The notes beneath the pieces are model-generated. The model searched no databases, was not told the DNA's origin, and saw only the letters and a program-made list of their open reading frames with translations. This document shows, one piece after another, positions 1 through 9,386 of a DNA stretch of 64,000 nt (position 1 is its first letter; each line of letters opens with the position of its first letter). This DNA is from Deltaproteobacteria bacterium (GTDB lineage: Bacteria > Myxococcota_A > Polyangia > Fen-1088), in the NCBI GenBank assembly GCA_033763315.1, contig JANRKS010000005.1, forward strand, positions 256,001 through 320,000, read 5' to 3'. A program made the position numbers and the translations under genes.

Positions 1-289
1 AACTCATCGATGCCTCCCCAAAAGGCAGGATCGTAAGCTTCGCCTGGGTTGCAGGGCACAAGCGGCGCGCCCGGCCGTTGCCACAGAAACTCGTGACCGG
101 TGCCCCGATGGTGAACGCTGACGACGCGTCCCCCCAGGGACGGTGCCACATCAAGTATCAGTCGTTCACTTGTAAGCCGCACGAGCGGCACACCGTCGCG
201 CGCGAGCCAGGACGCCGTGGGCATGGACGGTGTCTAGCTCTGTTCTCGAAAAAGAACAAGTGTTTCCTGTTGCCACGCCCCCGATCGCC

Positions 290-736
290 CTAGGCTTTGC
301 GCCGCTTGAAATGCGCCACCAGGTTATCAAGCGTTTGGTTGGTGCCGTCCGCAACACCCAGCTTTACGAACTGTTCAAGATGCTCGGCCGATGAGCACCG
401 AATGCTGACCGTCATGTGCGTATGTTCGCCAACCTCCTGAAGACGCACGGTGCCGATGGCGCCCATGGCGTCGAACACAAGTTGCGAAGGAGGATCGACC
501 ACGCGGTAGACGCCTGTAAAATCGTGTGCATGCTGCGTGGCCATCGTGAAACGGAATGTGCCACCTGGGCGAAGATCGACGGCACAATTGGCAAGCGGCA
601 CGCCGGTGGGATCCCACCATTGCTTGATCTGAGCGGCGTCAGTCCAGGCCTCAAACACGTCCTCGCGCGAGGACGCAAACACTCTCTCGAATGAGATTGT
701 GAAGGTTTCGTGATCGACGTTTGTACGGGTTGTCAT
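290..736 (-). CDS. SRPBCC/AHSA1 (START-like) domain protein
   Basis: ERVFASSREDVFEAWTD...QWW...VDLRPGGTFRF pattern; ATGA overlap with upstream ArsR gene. Confidence 0.9.
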   Translation of the reverse strand: MTTRTNVDHETFTISFERVFASSREDVFEAWTDAAQIKQWWDPTGVPLANCAVDLRPGGTFRFTMATQHAHDFTGVYRVVDPPSQLVFDAMGAIGTVRLQEVGEHTHMTVSIRCSSAEHLEQFVKLGVADGTNQTLDNLVAHFKRRKA

Positions 737-1089
737 TTCTTCGAGCCCTTTTGGCCAGTGGTTTTGGTGTTCTTCCGTTTCAGGAAAGCATCAAGTGAGT
801 CAAAGCGGCGTTCCCATTGCTCACGGAATGGTCGCAGCCAAGCGTCAACGTCTTTGAGCGGGCCGCCCAGCACAAGGCGCCGCGGGCGGCGTTGGGCGTC
901 CTTGCCTTGTTCGATCAACCCGGCTTCTTCCAGCACGCGAAGGTGCTTGGAAATTGTGGGTTGCGCGAGCCCAAAAGGCTCCGCCAGTTCGGTGACCGTG
1001 GCCTCGCCCTGGGCAAGGCGCGAAAGTATGGCTCGCCGGGTGGGGTCTGCCAACGCTGAGAATGCGAGATCAACTTGCACGCTGTTCAT
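733..1089 (-). CDS. ArsR/SmtB family transcriptional regulator
   Basis: FSALADPTRRAIL...QPTISKHLRVLEEAGLI winged HTH; classic ArsR-SRPBCC pair. Confidence 0.93.
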   Translation of the reverse strand: MNSVQVDLAFSALADPTRRAILSRLAQGEATVTELAEPFGLAQPTISKHLRVLEEAGLIEQGKDAQRRPRRLVLGGPLKDVDAWLRPFREQWERRFDSLDAFLKRKNTKTTGQKGSKK

Positions 1090-1103
1090 TGCCCATTAGA
1101 TAT

Positions 1104-1119
1104 ATAGCCAAATGGCAAT
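1104..1119. promoter_or_regulatory. Putative ArsR operator (imperfect palindrome ATAGCCA-AA-TGGCAAT)
   Basis: AT-rich inverted repeat about 15 nt upstream of the ArsR start codon. Confidence 0.5.
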
Positions 1120-1220
1120 GCTGTCCAGTCGCAGGGCTTTTTTCTCAAAAGTCAGCTGCCGATTCTCTGCTGATGCCGAGTCTTCGAGGGGGCGCCTGCT
1201 GTGGTTTAATTCCCTCCACA

Positions 1221-2225
1221 ATGCAAATGGATGCAACACTTCTGGCGTTTCGTCTTTACGAAAACGAAGGCCGCTCGTTTGGAAAGCTTGAAACCATGCG
1301 AGTCGGCGATCTGGATGAGGGTGACTTGCTGGTGCGCGTGGCTTACTCCTCCGTGAACTACAAAGATGCGTTGGCAGCCACGGGGCAAGGCAAGATCGTT
1401 CGTCGGTTTCCGTGCGTGGGCGGCATTGATTTGGTGGGGCAAGTGGTCACGTCTGCATCCCCAGATTTTCAAGTGGGTGATGACGTGGTCGTGGGTGGCT
1501 TTGGTTTGGGCGTGAGCCACGACGGTGGTTACGCACAATACGCGCGCGTGCCGTCGGCATGGGCGGTGCCGTTGGCGCCACCGCTTACACCTTATGAAAG
1601 TATGGCGCTCGGCACGGCGGGCTTCACCGCGGCGCTAGCCGTTGAACGCCTTGAAGTGTGTGGCCTTCGGCCGGGCCACGGGGCTGTGGCTGTGACGGGC
1701 GCCAACGGGGGCGTGGGATCGCTCGCGATCGCACTTTTGGCGGCAAAAGGTTATGACGTGGTGGCGTTCACCAACAAACTGCATCTGCGGGAGCGCTTGC
1801 GAAATTTGGGCGCCGCCGAAGTGCAAGCGTTGCCCGCACCCGCCGAACGCGAGGCCAAGCCGTTGTCGCGCGCGAAGTGGGCGGCGGCGATCGACAATTT
1901 GGGTGGCGATGTGCTGCCCTGGTTGGTGAGCGCCACTCAAATTGGCGGCGGCGTCGCTAGCGTCGGCAACGCTGTGGGCGCCACCTTCACAAGCAGCGTC
2001 TATCCCTTCATTTTGCGGGGCGTTTCGCTGTTAGGCATCGATTCAGCCCATTGCCCATTGCCCTTGCGGCAACGCTTGTGGGCGCAACTTGCCGTTCTTC
2101 GCGCGTCACTGCACTTGCACGAAATTACACAGGTGGTCTCTCTGCACGATCTGCCGGCGTTGATGCCGCAATTTATTGCCGGGCAAGTGCAAGGCCGCAA
2201 GGTGGTGCAGATGCCGGCGCCTTAG
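1221..2225 (+). CDS. YhdH/AcuI-family zinc-independent MDR oxidoreductase (acrylyl-CoA reductase-like)
   Basis: YSSVNYKDALA, GTAGFTAAL, VTGANGGVGS, PFILRGVSLLGIDS motifs; start moved to ATG 1221. Confidence 0.9.
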   Translation: MQMDATLLAFRLYENEGRSFGKLETMRVGDLDEGDLLVRVAYSSVNYKDALAATGQGKIVRRFPCVGGIDLVGQVVTSASPDFQVGDDVVVGGFGLGVSHDGGYAQYARVPSAWAVPLAPPLTPYESMALGTAGFTAALAVERLEVCGLRPGHGAVAVTGANGGVGSLAIALLAAKGYDVVAFTNKLHLRERLRNLGAAEVQALPAPAEREAKPLSRAKWAAAIDNLGGDVLPWLVSATQIGGGVASVGNAVGATFTSSVYPFILRGVSLLGIDSAHCPLPLRQRLWAQLAVLRASLHLHEITQVVSLHDLPALMPQFIAGQVQGRKVVQMPAP

Positions 2226-2466
2226 AGATTGCGCTTGGAACAGGCCCTCGGTTAAAGCTGGGCGATACCCCCCAGTCTACCATTCGGTTCAGCGCGTTCG
2301 CTTGTTGCACGCGTGCGGAGCACATGTGGGATGTTCTGCGATTTAGTTCGTGCCACGCGCGAACGCTTTGTGGCCACGAGCCGCCGGTTGATGCAGACTT
2401 GACACTCGTTATCTTGACGACGATGTGTGAAGCACTTCGGCTCGGTCGCTGATACGGAGGCGCGCC

Positions 2467-3336
2467 ATGAAGTACTGGCTGTTCTTGTTGGCTGTTCTTT
2501 GGGCCTGTGGACCCGAGGAGTCGCGTACAGGGGGCGTTGGGGTTTGGGGCGGCATGGGTTCGGCGGATGGCGGATCGACTGCTGTGGCCGGACGTGGCGG
2601 CGGAGGAGGTGGCGGAGCGCCCGTGGCAAACGGCTCTGGCGGTGAGTTCGCAGCGGGGGGTACCGCCGGCGCGAGCACGGGCACGGGCGGCGTCAGCAGC
2701 GCAAGTGGTGGCGCGTCGGCAGGTATGATGGGCACAACCGGGGGCAAAGGAGGCGGCGGGAGTGCGGGCGTTAGCACGGGAGGCGCGGGTGGATCAAAGC
2801 CAGCCACGGGTGGCAATTCGGGCACAGGAGGAACGCAGGCTACGGGCGGCAGCCCTGCGACGGGAGGCACCCAGGGCACAGGCGGCGCACCCGCCACAGG
2901 CGGTGCGTCTGGAACGGGCGGCAACACGGGCAAGCCCAACCTCGTGATGAACGCTGGGTTTGAAAGCGGTGAAAATATGTGGAAGCGCCTTTCAGGCACT
3001 GGCGCCTTGGCGAGTCCAGGCCACACGGGCAATAACCGCATTGATGAACCCAGCCCCAATCATTGGTGGCAGCAAGATTTGTCCGGTTGGTTGGCGGGCC
3101 GCACCTATCGAATTTCCGCGTGGGGCAAAGTCACATCGGGAGAGTGCACCGTGGGACTCAAGATCGCCCTTAACACCGGCGGGGATCAGCGCATGTCCTC
3201 CCCAACGTTCACATCCACTTGGAGTGAAAAATCAATCGTGATGACAGTGCCGAACACCGCCGTTTGGTTGCAGGTGTTTTTCAGCGGCGGGGGCACCAAT
3301 TGTTCGTTCGACGACGTGCAGGTCATCGAACAGTGA
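2467..3336 (+). CDS. Lipoprotein with Gly/Thr-rich linker and C-terminal carbohydrate-binding module (CBM4/9/16-like)
   Basis: GGAGG RBS; lipobox LWAC; xxxTGG linker repeats; NLVMNAGFESG...W...YRISAWGK...FDDVQV jelly-roll pattern. Confidence 0.75.
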   Translation: MKYWLFLLAVLWACGPEESRTGGVGVWGGMGSADGGSTAVAGRGGGGGGGAPVANGSGGEFAAGGTAGASTGTGGVSSASGGASAGMMGTTGGKGGGGSAGVSTGGAGGSKPATGGNSGTGGTQATGGSPATGGTQGTGGAPATGGASGTGGNTGKPNLVMNAGFESGENMWKRLSGTGALASPGHTGNNRIDEPSPNHWWQQDLSGWLAGRTYRISAWGKVTSGECTVGLKIALNTGGDQRMSSPTFTSTWSEKSIVMTVPNTAVWLQVFFSGGGTNCSFDDVQVIEQ

Positions 3337-3347
3337 CCTATCGTTTG

Positions 3348-6300
3348 TCAATTGGCCCCCGATGTGATCACTGTGTAGCGACCCGCGCGCACTTGCAGTT
3401 GCCAGCCGCCCTCGGGGAGCTTCTTCACTGCAAGCTCGGTGGCTGATGCCAACGGGCGGTTGTTAAATAGTGCCGTGGTCCCGGCCTCGGCAGGGATCAC
3501 GATCGTCGCGTTGGCTGAAGGCGGCACAGCGAAAGCGAAGCGCACGCCGTTGCCTTCGCGCTTCCATTGTGAGCCCACAGTTCCGCGCACCGTGTTCACA
3601 TGCGCTTCCACGGCGTCGAGACCCGCAGGCACTTGCGGAGCCATCGTGAAGTGTTCGAATCCGGGGGCCTGATCGTCAGGTTTGATGCCCGCCAAATATT
3701 CGTAGTACCAGGCGTCGATGTCGCCGAAGAAAATGTGGTTGCGCGATTCTTTGCCTTTCCAATCCTCCCACAAAGTGGTGGCCCCTTGATCGATCCAGTA
3801 ACCCCACGAAGGCGCTGTGCGACGGCTTGCCACCTTATAAGCCACGTCCATGTGGCCCGTGTCGGCCAAGGCCCGTAACACAGCTTTGGCGCCAATGACG
3901 CCCGTGTCCGGGTGAAAGTCTGTGGCTTCCAGGCTCTTGATCAAACGCGCGGCCGTGGCGGCTCGCAGCGTTTGTGGCACCAAATCATGCGTCAGGGCCA
4001 CGGCCAAGGCTGTTTGTTCATCGCTGCCCACTTGGCCTGTGGACGCGTTCACGAAGGCGCGTTGAAAGCCTTGTGATACGTGATCCGCCAAAGCGTTGTA
4101 GCGTTTCGCCGCCTCCAGCAAGCGCAACGCTTGTGCCGTTTTTGCCGCCAAATGTGCGGCCCAGCGATAGCTTGCCGTGGATGTGATGGCCACCGCGGTC
4201 TTCGTTTGCCACGGCACCCAATCGCCCAACCCCACATCCACAACGCCGTCTTTCTCGATCGACCGCAGATAGGCGAGGTAGCGCTCTTGCGCGGGCCACG
4301 CCAACTGCAAAGGCAGAACATCACCGTTGAACGTGTAGAGCGACCACGGCACAACAAACAAAGCCAATTCCCATGAAGGGCCGCTCCATTCGTTAAAGCC
4401 CCAGCCTGATGACGGCACAATGCCTGGCAGCTGCCCTTTGCTGTTTTGGGCGGATACCAAGTCGCGAATCCATTTGAGATAACCAGCCGTGTTCTCAAAG
4501 TTGAAAGCACCCGCGTCCATCGCCAAGTGCGCGTCGGCTGTCCAACCATTCTTTTCGCGCTGTGGGCAATCGGTGGGAATGCCTTGAAAATTGGCGATGT
4601 ATGACCAACGCGTGGCTTGGTGAATGCTGTTCACCAACGCATCAGAGGTTTCCAACGTGCCGATGCTCTCGAAGTCGGTATGGATCACGCGTGCTTCCAC
4701 ATTGTTGGTGGTGGGCGTGCCTGGCAAACCCTGCACCTCCACGTAACGAAAACCGTGGTACACGAAACGTGGCTCCCAAATCTCCTCTGAGCCGCCGCGC
4801 ATGATGTACTCGTCCGTTTGAAAACGGCCCTGCCGCAACCAACCGCCGATGGATTGATCCACCCGGCCGTTGGCATCCAGCGATTCACCGTAGCGAATCA
4901 CAAGCTTCGTGCCTGCCGTGCCTTGAACGTGTAAACGCGCCCAGCCGGCGATGTTTTGCCCCACGTCAAATACAGCCACGGGCCCCACTTGCTTCACGGA
5001 ACGTGATGGCAGCGTTTCAAGCACACGGATAGGCGGGTGCTCCTGTCCCAGCAATGGGCCTTTGGGTGTCGCGGCAAGTTCCACGTCGCGTGCTTTGGGA
5101 TCCACAAAACCCACGCGCGCAAAATCCGCTTTCTCAAGCCGCGCGTCATAATGTTCGCCATTGCGAATGCCATCAAAACGCACAGGGCCCTCGGTGACCT
5201 TCCAGGTTTTATCCGTGGCCACAACGAAGCGGTTGCCCGATTGCGTGGTCACTTCGATTTGCAGCAGCAACTTTGGATTGTCGCGCCAAGGCGCCGTGGC
5301 GAACCCCACGGGATCTCTGGCGTGCTGGTTGTAAAAGCCGTTGCCCAAGATCACGCCCACAGCGTTCTTGTTGGGATCTAACAAGCGCGTGATGTCGTGC
5401 ACCACATATTGCACATTCTTGCTGTAGTCCGTGTACCCCGGATCGAGGACGTGATCGCCCACGCGGCGGCCATTGATGTAAAGCTCGTAGTAACCGAGGC
5501 CCGAGATATAAGCCCGCGCGCTTTTGATCTGTTCGGGGGCTGCGAATTCCTTGAAGAAGTACGGAGCGGGAGCGGCCCAAGCGTCGGTGCGGGGGCGGCC
5601 ATCGAACGGTGGCTCGTCCCACTTCGCCACTTGTTCTGCAGCCACAAATCCCGCGGGGCTACCCACGTTCAACCAGCCGGAACTTGGCTGTTTCGCGGCT
5701 TGCCAGCCCACGTCGCCCGTGTTGATGGCAAAGCCGCCGCCATCGCGTGTGACCAATTGCAAAGACGCCAGCAAACCTGCCGGGCCGCCTTTGTTGTAGA
5801 CGTCGGCGCCCAATACGTTGCGGCCTGCGTGCAGCAGTGATGTCACGTCAACGGCTTCGCTGACGTCACCGGCGTCGACACTGAACACCTTCTTGCCGTT
5901 GACGAACACATCCGCGCTGTCATTCGCACCCACCAACAGCGATGCCTTTTGCACCTGCGCTCCCAGCGGCATCGCGAACTCATTGCGAAACCAGCGGTGA
6001 GCGGCCGGCGCCGCCTTCTTTGCGTTCTCATCTGGGTGCCAGATCCACGCGGCCGCTTGCAGCACCGCAAGCGGTGATTCCGTGGCGTCGGTGGGCCGCG
6101 TGATCCATTTGGCTGTCCAGTCGGTGCCTTGCAACAAGCCCATCTCAAACGACGTGGGCTCACTCCACGCTGAAAGGTTGTCGGCTTGGTTCCATACGCG
6201 CACCGCCACGAAGACGCGTTGACGCGACGTCAAAGCTGGACCCGCCCACACCACGCCCACATTCGCGTGGCTTGCCACCTTGCCCGTGTTCCACAACAAG

Positions 6301-6563
6301 CCCTGCCCACCGGTGATGCCCTCGGGTGTGACCGCGGCAACGATCTGGTATGCGGTCTGTGCGGCGCCCGCGGCCTCGGACTGCAGGCGCCACGAAAAAC
6401 GCGGCGTGCTGGTGAGCCCCAACGGCGCCTTCAGCCAATTCACCTTCACGTCGACGACCCGATGCTCGGAACCCGCACCGGTGTCTTTTAACGTCGTGGT
6501 TGCGCCCCCACAGGCAATCGCCAGGGGCAACACCAACATCAATAGCTTTTGCGGGCTCGTCAT
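3348..6563 (-). CDS. Alpha-L-rhamnosidase, GH78, lipoprotein
   Basis: PRFSWRL, GLGYYELYING, DVGQNIAGW, FVYHGFRYV, PTDCPQREKNGWTAD, GATTLWEDW, SRNH; lipobox LAIAC after MTSPQ start. Confidence 0.93.
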   Translation of the reverse strand: MTSPQKLLMLVLPLAIACGGATTTLKDTGAGSEHRVVDVKVNWLKAPLGLTSTPRFSWRLQSEAAGAAQTAYQIVAAVTPEGITGGQGLLWNTGKVASHANVGVVWAGPALTSRQRVFVAVRVWNQADNLSAWSEPTSFEMGLLQGTDWTAKWITRPTDATESPLAVLQAAAWIWHPDENAKKAAPAAHRWFRNEFAMPLGAQVQKASLLVGANDSADVFVNGKKVFSVDAGDVSEAVDVTSLLHAGRNVLGADVYNKGGPAGLLASLQLVTRDGGGFAINTGDVGWQAAKQPSSGWLNVGSPAGFVAAEQVAKWDEPPFDGRPRTDAWAAPAPYFFKEFAAPEQIKSARAYISGLGYYELYINGRRVGDHVLDPGYTDYSKNVQYVVHDITRLLDPNKNAVGVILGNGFYNQHARDPVGFATAPWRDNPKLLLQIEVTTQSGNRFVVATDKTWKVTEGPVRFDGIRNGEHYDARLEKADFARVGFVDPKARDVELAATPKGPLLGQEHPPIRVLETLPSRSVKQVGPVAVFDVGQNIAGWARLHVQGTAGTKLVIRYGESLDANGRVDQSIGGWLRQGRFQTDEYIMRGGSEEIWEPRFVYHGFRYVEVQGLPGTPTTNNVEARVIHTDFESIGTLETSDALVNSIHQATRWSYIANFQGIPTDCPQREKNGWTADAHLAMDAGAFNFENTAGYLKWIRDLVSAQNSKGQLPGIVPSSGWGFNEWSGPSWELALFVVPWSLYTFNGDVLPLQLAWPAQERYLAYLRSIEKDGVVDVGLGDWVPWQTKTAVAITSTASYRWAAHLAAKTAQALRLLEAAKRYNALADHVSQGFQRAFVNASTGQVGSDEQTALAVALTHDLVPQTLRAATAARLIKSLEATDFHPDTGVIGAKAVLRALADTGHMDVAYKVASRRTAPSWGYWIDQGATTLWEDWKGKESRNHIFFGDIDAWYYEYLAGIKPDDQAPGFEHFTMAPQVPAGLDAVEAHVNTVRGTVGSQWKREGNGVRFAFAVPPSANATIVIPAEAGTTALFNNRPLASATELAVKKLPEGGWQLQVRAGRYTVITSGAN

Positions 6564-6624
6564 GGCCGCGCAGACTACAACAACCTGGCCGCAGCGTGCG
6601 CAAAGCGATGAAAGACAGCGCTTT

Positions 6625-7374
6625 TTACCGACGACCGCGCGGCGGTGGCCGCTTGCCACCCGTGTCCTTGCGGGCCGGCTCGTGGGGCGGGCGCGGGGGC
6701 CGCGGTGGCCGTAACAAACGCGTGCCGAGGTAGACAAAGTGAATGCGCCCGCCTTGCCCGGCACGAACGCGCTGCAATTCGAAACCACCCACGCCCATGC
6801 GATTCTCAAACGGTTTGTCCGGCTCTTCAGACCACACGGCGAATATGCCCTTGGGCTTGAGCGCGTTCCATGCCATCGCGATGGCCGTGGTTCCGTAAAG
6901 GGGATCGCGCGGCCCGTTCACGGCGTCGTGTGGCCCTTCGTAAAGATCAATGATGATGGCTTGGTAGTGACCGGCGGGCGCGCGCGCGATCACATGCGCA
7001 ACATCTTTGACGATCACATTCACACGACGATCGCTAAGCGCGTTGTCGCTGAGCACGGCCAACGGTCCTTGGCACCAGCTGACCACCGCTTGGTTCAGCT
7101 CCACCACGTCTACGGTGGCATCGCCGGGCAAATGATCAAGCGCCGCCCGCAAGGTGAAGCCCATGCCCAATCCACCCAACAGAACCCGCGGCTTCACAGT
7201 GCCAGCGATGGCCTCGCACGCCGCGATGGCCAACGCGTCTTCAGACCGGTGGGCCGTGCTGGTCATCAACACGCGGCCATCGATCGTGATCAAAAAGTCT
7301 TTCTCACCACGCTGACGCAGCTCCAAAGGGCCGGCGGGGGTGCCTACTTTCTCAAGGGTCTGCCACGGACGCAT
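6625..7374 (-). CDS. Spermidine synthase-like SAM-dependent methyltransferase
   Basis: RVLLGGLGMGFTLRA SAM motif, VVELN, IIIDLYEGP; start MRPWQ. Confidence 0.85.
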   Translation of the reverse strand: MRPWQTLEKVGTPAGPLELRQRGEKDFLITIDGRVLMTSTAHRSEDALAIAACEAIAGTVKPRVLLGGLGMGFTLRAALDHLPGDATVDVVELNQAVVSWCQGPLAVLSDNALSDRRVNVIVKDVAHVIARAPAGHYQAIIIDLYEGPHDAVNGPRDPLYGTTAIAMAWNALKPKGIFAVWSEEPDKPFENRMGVGGFELQRVRAGQGGRIHFVYLGTRLLRPPRPPRPPHEPARKDTGGKRPPPRGRR

Positions 7375-7531
7375 AAGGAAACCTTGATAGCACGCGGGCG
7401 CGCTGCAGGTATGCGGGAATGATGCTGGGTGGCCGGTTTGCTCACACGCACCCTTTTGTCGCCATTTGTGACGTTCGCGGTAAATGGCAAGCGCTGTTAC
7501 CCTTAGAGGGTCCATTCACAACGGAGCCGCC

Positions 7532-8671
7532 ATGGGCATGAACAACGCCGTGTTCCTTGAGGTCATCGAGTGGTTTGATTCCGCGGGCAACGAGATGGTG
7601 GCTCGCATTCCGGCCGAAGGTTCGGGCGAGATCAAGTGGGGCGCGCAATTGATCGTGCGCGAAAGTCAGAACGCCGTGTTCTTCTATGGCGGCAAAGCCA
7701 TCGCGGTGTTCGAGGCTGGCCGCCACACTCTAAAGACAGGCAACATCCCTGTTCTGAATAAGCTGTTGGCGGCGCCTTGGGGCGGCACGAGCCCGCTGCG
7801 CGCCGAAGTTTATATGGTGGGGCGCCAAGTGTTCCCCAACTTGAAATGGGGCACCCGAGAGCCGGTCGCTTACCGCGACAGCATGCTGGGCTTGGTGCGC
7901 ATCCGCGCGCACGGCGTGTTCAACGTTCAGATTGTGCAACCGTTGTTGTTCATCAATCGCTTCGTGGGCACATTGGGCTTAACCACAACCGTGCGCATCG
8001 AGGATTATTTGCGCAGCGTGATCGTGTCGCGCTTTAACGATGTGCTTGGCGAGCATCTCACCAGCTTGGTTGATCTGCCCGGCTCTTACGATGTGATTGC
8101 CACGGCACTGCAGGAACGCCTTGCGGACGACTTTACGCATTTCGGTTTGGCGTTGACGCAGCTTTATCTCACCTCTGTGTCGCCGCCCCCCGAGGTGCAG
8201 CAGGCGATCGACGAACGCAGCAAGATGCAGGCGGTAGGCGTTTCGAACCTCGATGATTTCGTGAAATTCAAGGCCGGCGTTGCCATGGAACGCGCCGCTT
8301 CGAACGCTGGTGCAGCGGGCGAGAGTCTGGGTGTGGGCATGGGCTTCATGATGCCGTCGATGATGGCGCAGGCGTTGGCAGCGCGTCCGTCCGCTCCCGT
8401 TGCGCCTCCGATCGCCGAAGCTTCGGTGCCGTGTCCTGAATGTAAACGCCCAGCATCTGTGAGCGCCCATTTTTGCAGCGGTTGTGGCCATCAACTTGTG
8501 GTGTTCGACGAATGCCTCACCTGCAAAGCCACCTTGCAACCGGGCGCGAAATTTTGCGCCCAATGTGGTCACAAGGTGGAACAATTGCCTGCGGCTCCGA
8601 AATGTAGAAGCTGCGGCTGCGAGAACTTGGCTGGGTCCGTGTTCTGCAACCAATGCGGCGAGCGTTTGTAG
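7532..8671 (+). CDS. SPFH/band-7 (YdjI-like) protein with three C-terminal zinc ribbons
   Basis: QLIVRESQNAVF, GRHTL, KWGT motifs; CPEC..FCSGCG, CLTC..FCAQCG, CRSC..FCNQCG. Confidence 0.88.
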   Translation: MGMNNAVFLEVIEWFDSAGNEMVARIPAEGSGEIKWGAQLIVRESQNAVFFYGGKAIAVFEAGRHTLKTGNIPVLNKLLAAPWGGTSPLRAEVYMVGRQVFPNLKWGTREPVAYRDSMLGLVRIRAHGVFNVQIVQPLLFINRFVGTLGLTTTVRIEDYLRSVIVSRFNDVLGEHLTSLVDLPGSYDVIATALQERLADDFTHFGLALTQLYLTSVSPPPEVQQAIDERSKMQAVGVSNLDDFVKFKAGVAMERAASNAGAAGESLGVGMGFMMPSMMAQALAARPSAPVAPPIAEASVPCPECKRPASVSAHFCSGCGHQLVVFDECLTCKATLQPGAKFCAQCGHKVEQLPAAPKCRSCGCENLAGSVFCNQCGERL

Positions 8672-8731
8672 GGCGCCTACATTGACTGTAACGCCACCGC
8701 TACGTTAAAACGCTGCTCGAAAGAGGGCGAT

Positions 8732-9328
8732 ATGAAGATGACGGACATGAAGCTTGTTATGTGTGTTTTGAGTTGTGTGGCGGGTGTTGGGTTCGTGGCT
8801 TGCGGCGGTAGCGATGAGAAGATGTCAACCACGGGCGGTATGGGGGGTGGCTCGGGCACCGGGACGGGTGGCACCGTTGGCGCTATGGGCGGTTCGGGGG
8901 GCGGGTCAACCGTTGCCGACCTGTCAGCCTTTGTGGGCGGCTGGCAATACGTGGCGGGCACGCAGAACCTTGTCTGCACGTCTATCGGTGTCAATGAGAC
9001 CGAACAGCTGACGGGTGACAAGTACACAATCGCCAAAGGTGTGGATGCGCCCTTGGTGTGGTCGGAGCCAGATTCAAAATGCATCTGGAAGTACAACTCC
9101 AATGGCCAGGTGATGACCCTATTGCCCACGCAGATGTGCATGGACAAATTCAGCGATGAGACGCTGGGCACCGTGGACGTTACCGTCACGCCCATCGCTT
9201 CAACAATGACTGTGACGGGTTCGACCGCCACCGTGGCTTTTTCTGCAAATTACGCTTTGAACATTGCCGGCAGCATCGTGAACTGTTCGGTCACGGCGAG
9301 CGGCAACGTTATGAAGATCTCGAACTGA
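8732..9328 (+). CDS. Hypothetical lipoprotein with Gly-rich linker and beta-rich domain
   Basis: GAGGG RBS, lipobox FVAC, Gly linker, paired Cys. Confidence 0.7.
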   Translation: MKMTDMKLVMCVLSCVAGVGFVACGGSDEKMSTTGGMGGGSGTGTGGTVGAMGGSGGGSTVADLSAFVGGWQYVAGTQNLVCTSIGVNETEQLTGDKYTIAKGVDAPLVWSEPDSKCIWKYNSNGQVMTLLPTQMCMDKFSDETLGTVDVTVTPIASTMTVTGSTATVAFSANYALNIAGSIVNCSVTASGNVMKISN

Positions 9329-9344
9329 TCGCTGTGAGGGGATA

Positions 9345-9375
9345 CGGCCGCGGCTTGCGTAGGCGAGCGCGGCCG
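9345..9375. terminator. GC-rich hairpin between convergent genes
   Basis: CGGCCGC-G-GCTTGC-GTAG-GCGAGC-GCGGCCG; no U tract. Confidence 0.35.
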
Positions 9376-9386
9376 AGCCATTGAGC

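Noticed and set aside
1-7. Start of a minus-strand gene (GGGGAGG RBS + ATG at 7)
   Set aside because: Only two codons lie inside the window, so it cannot be supported as a feature.
6564-6809. N-terminal extension of the GH78 ORF
   Set aside because: It overlaps the upstream methyltransferase; the lipoprotein signal begins at 6563.
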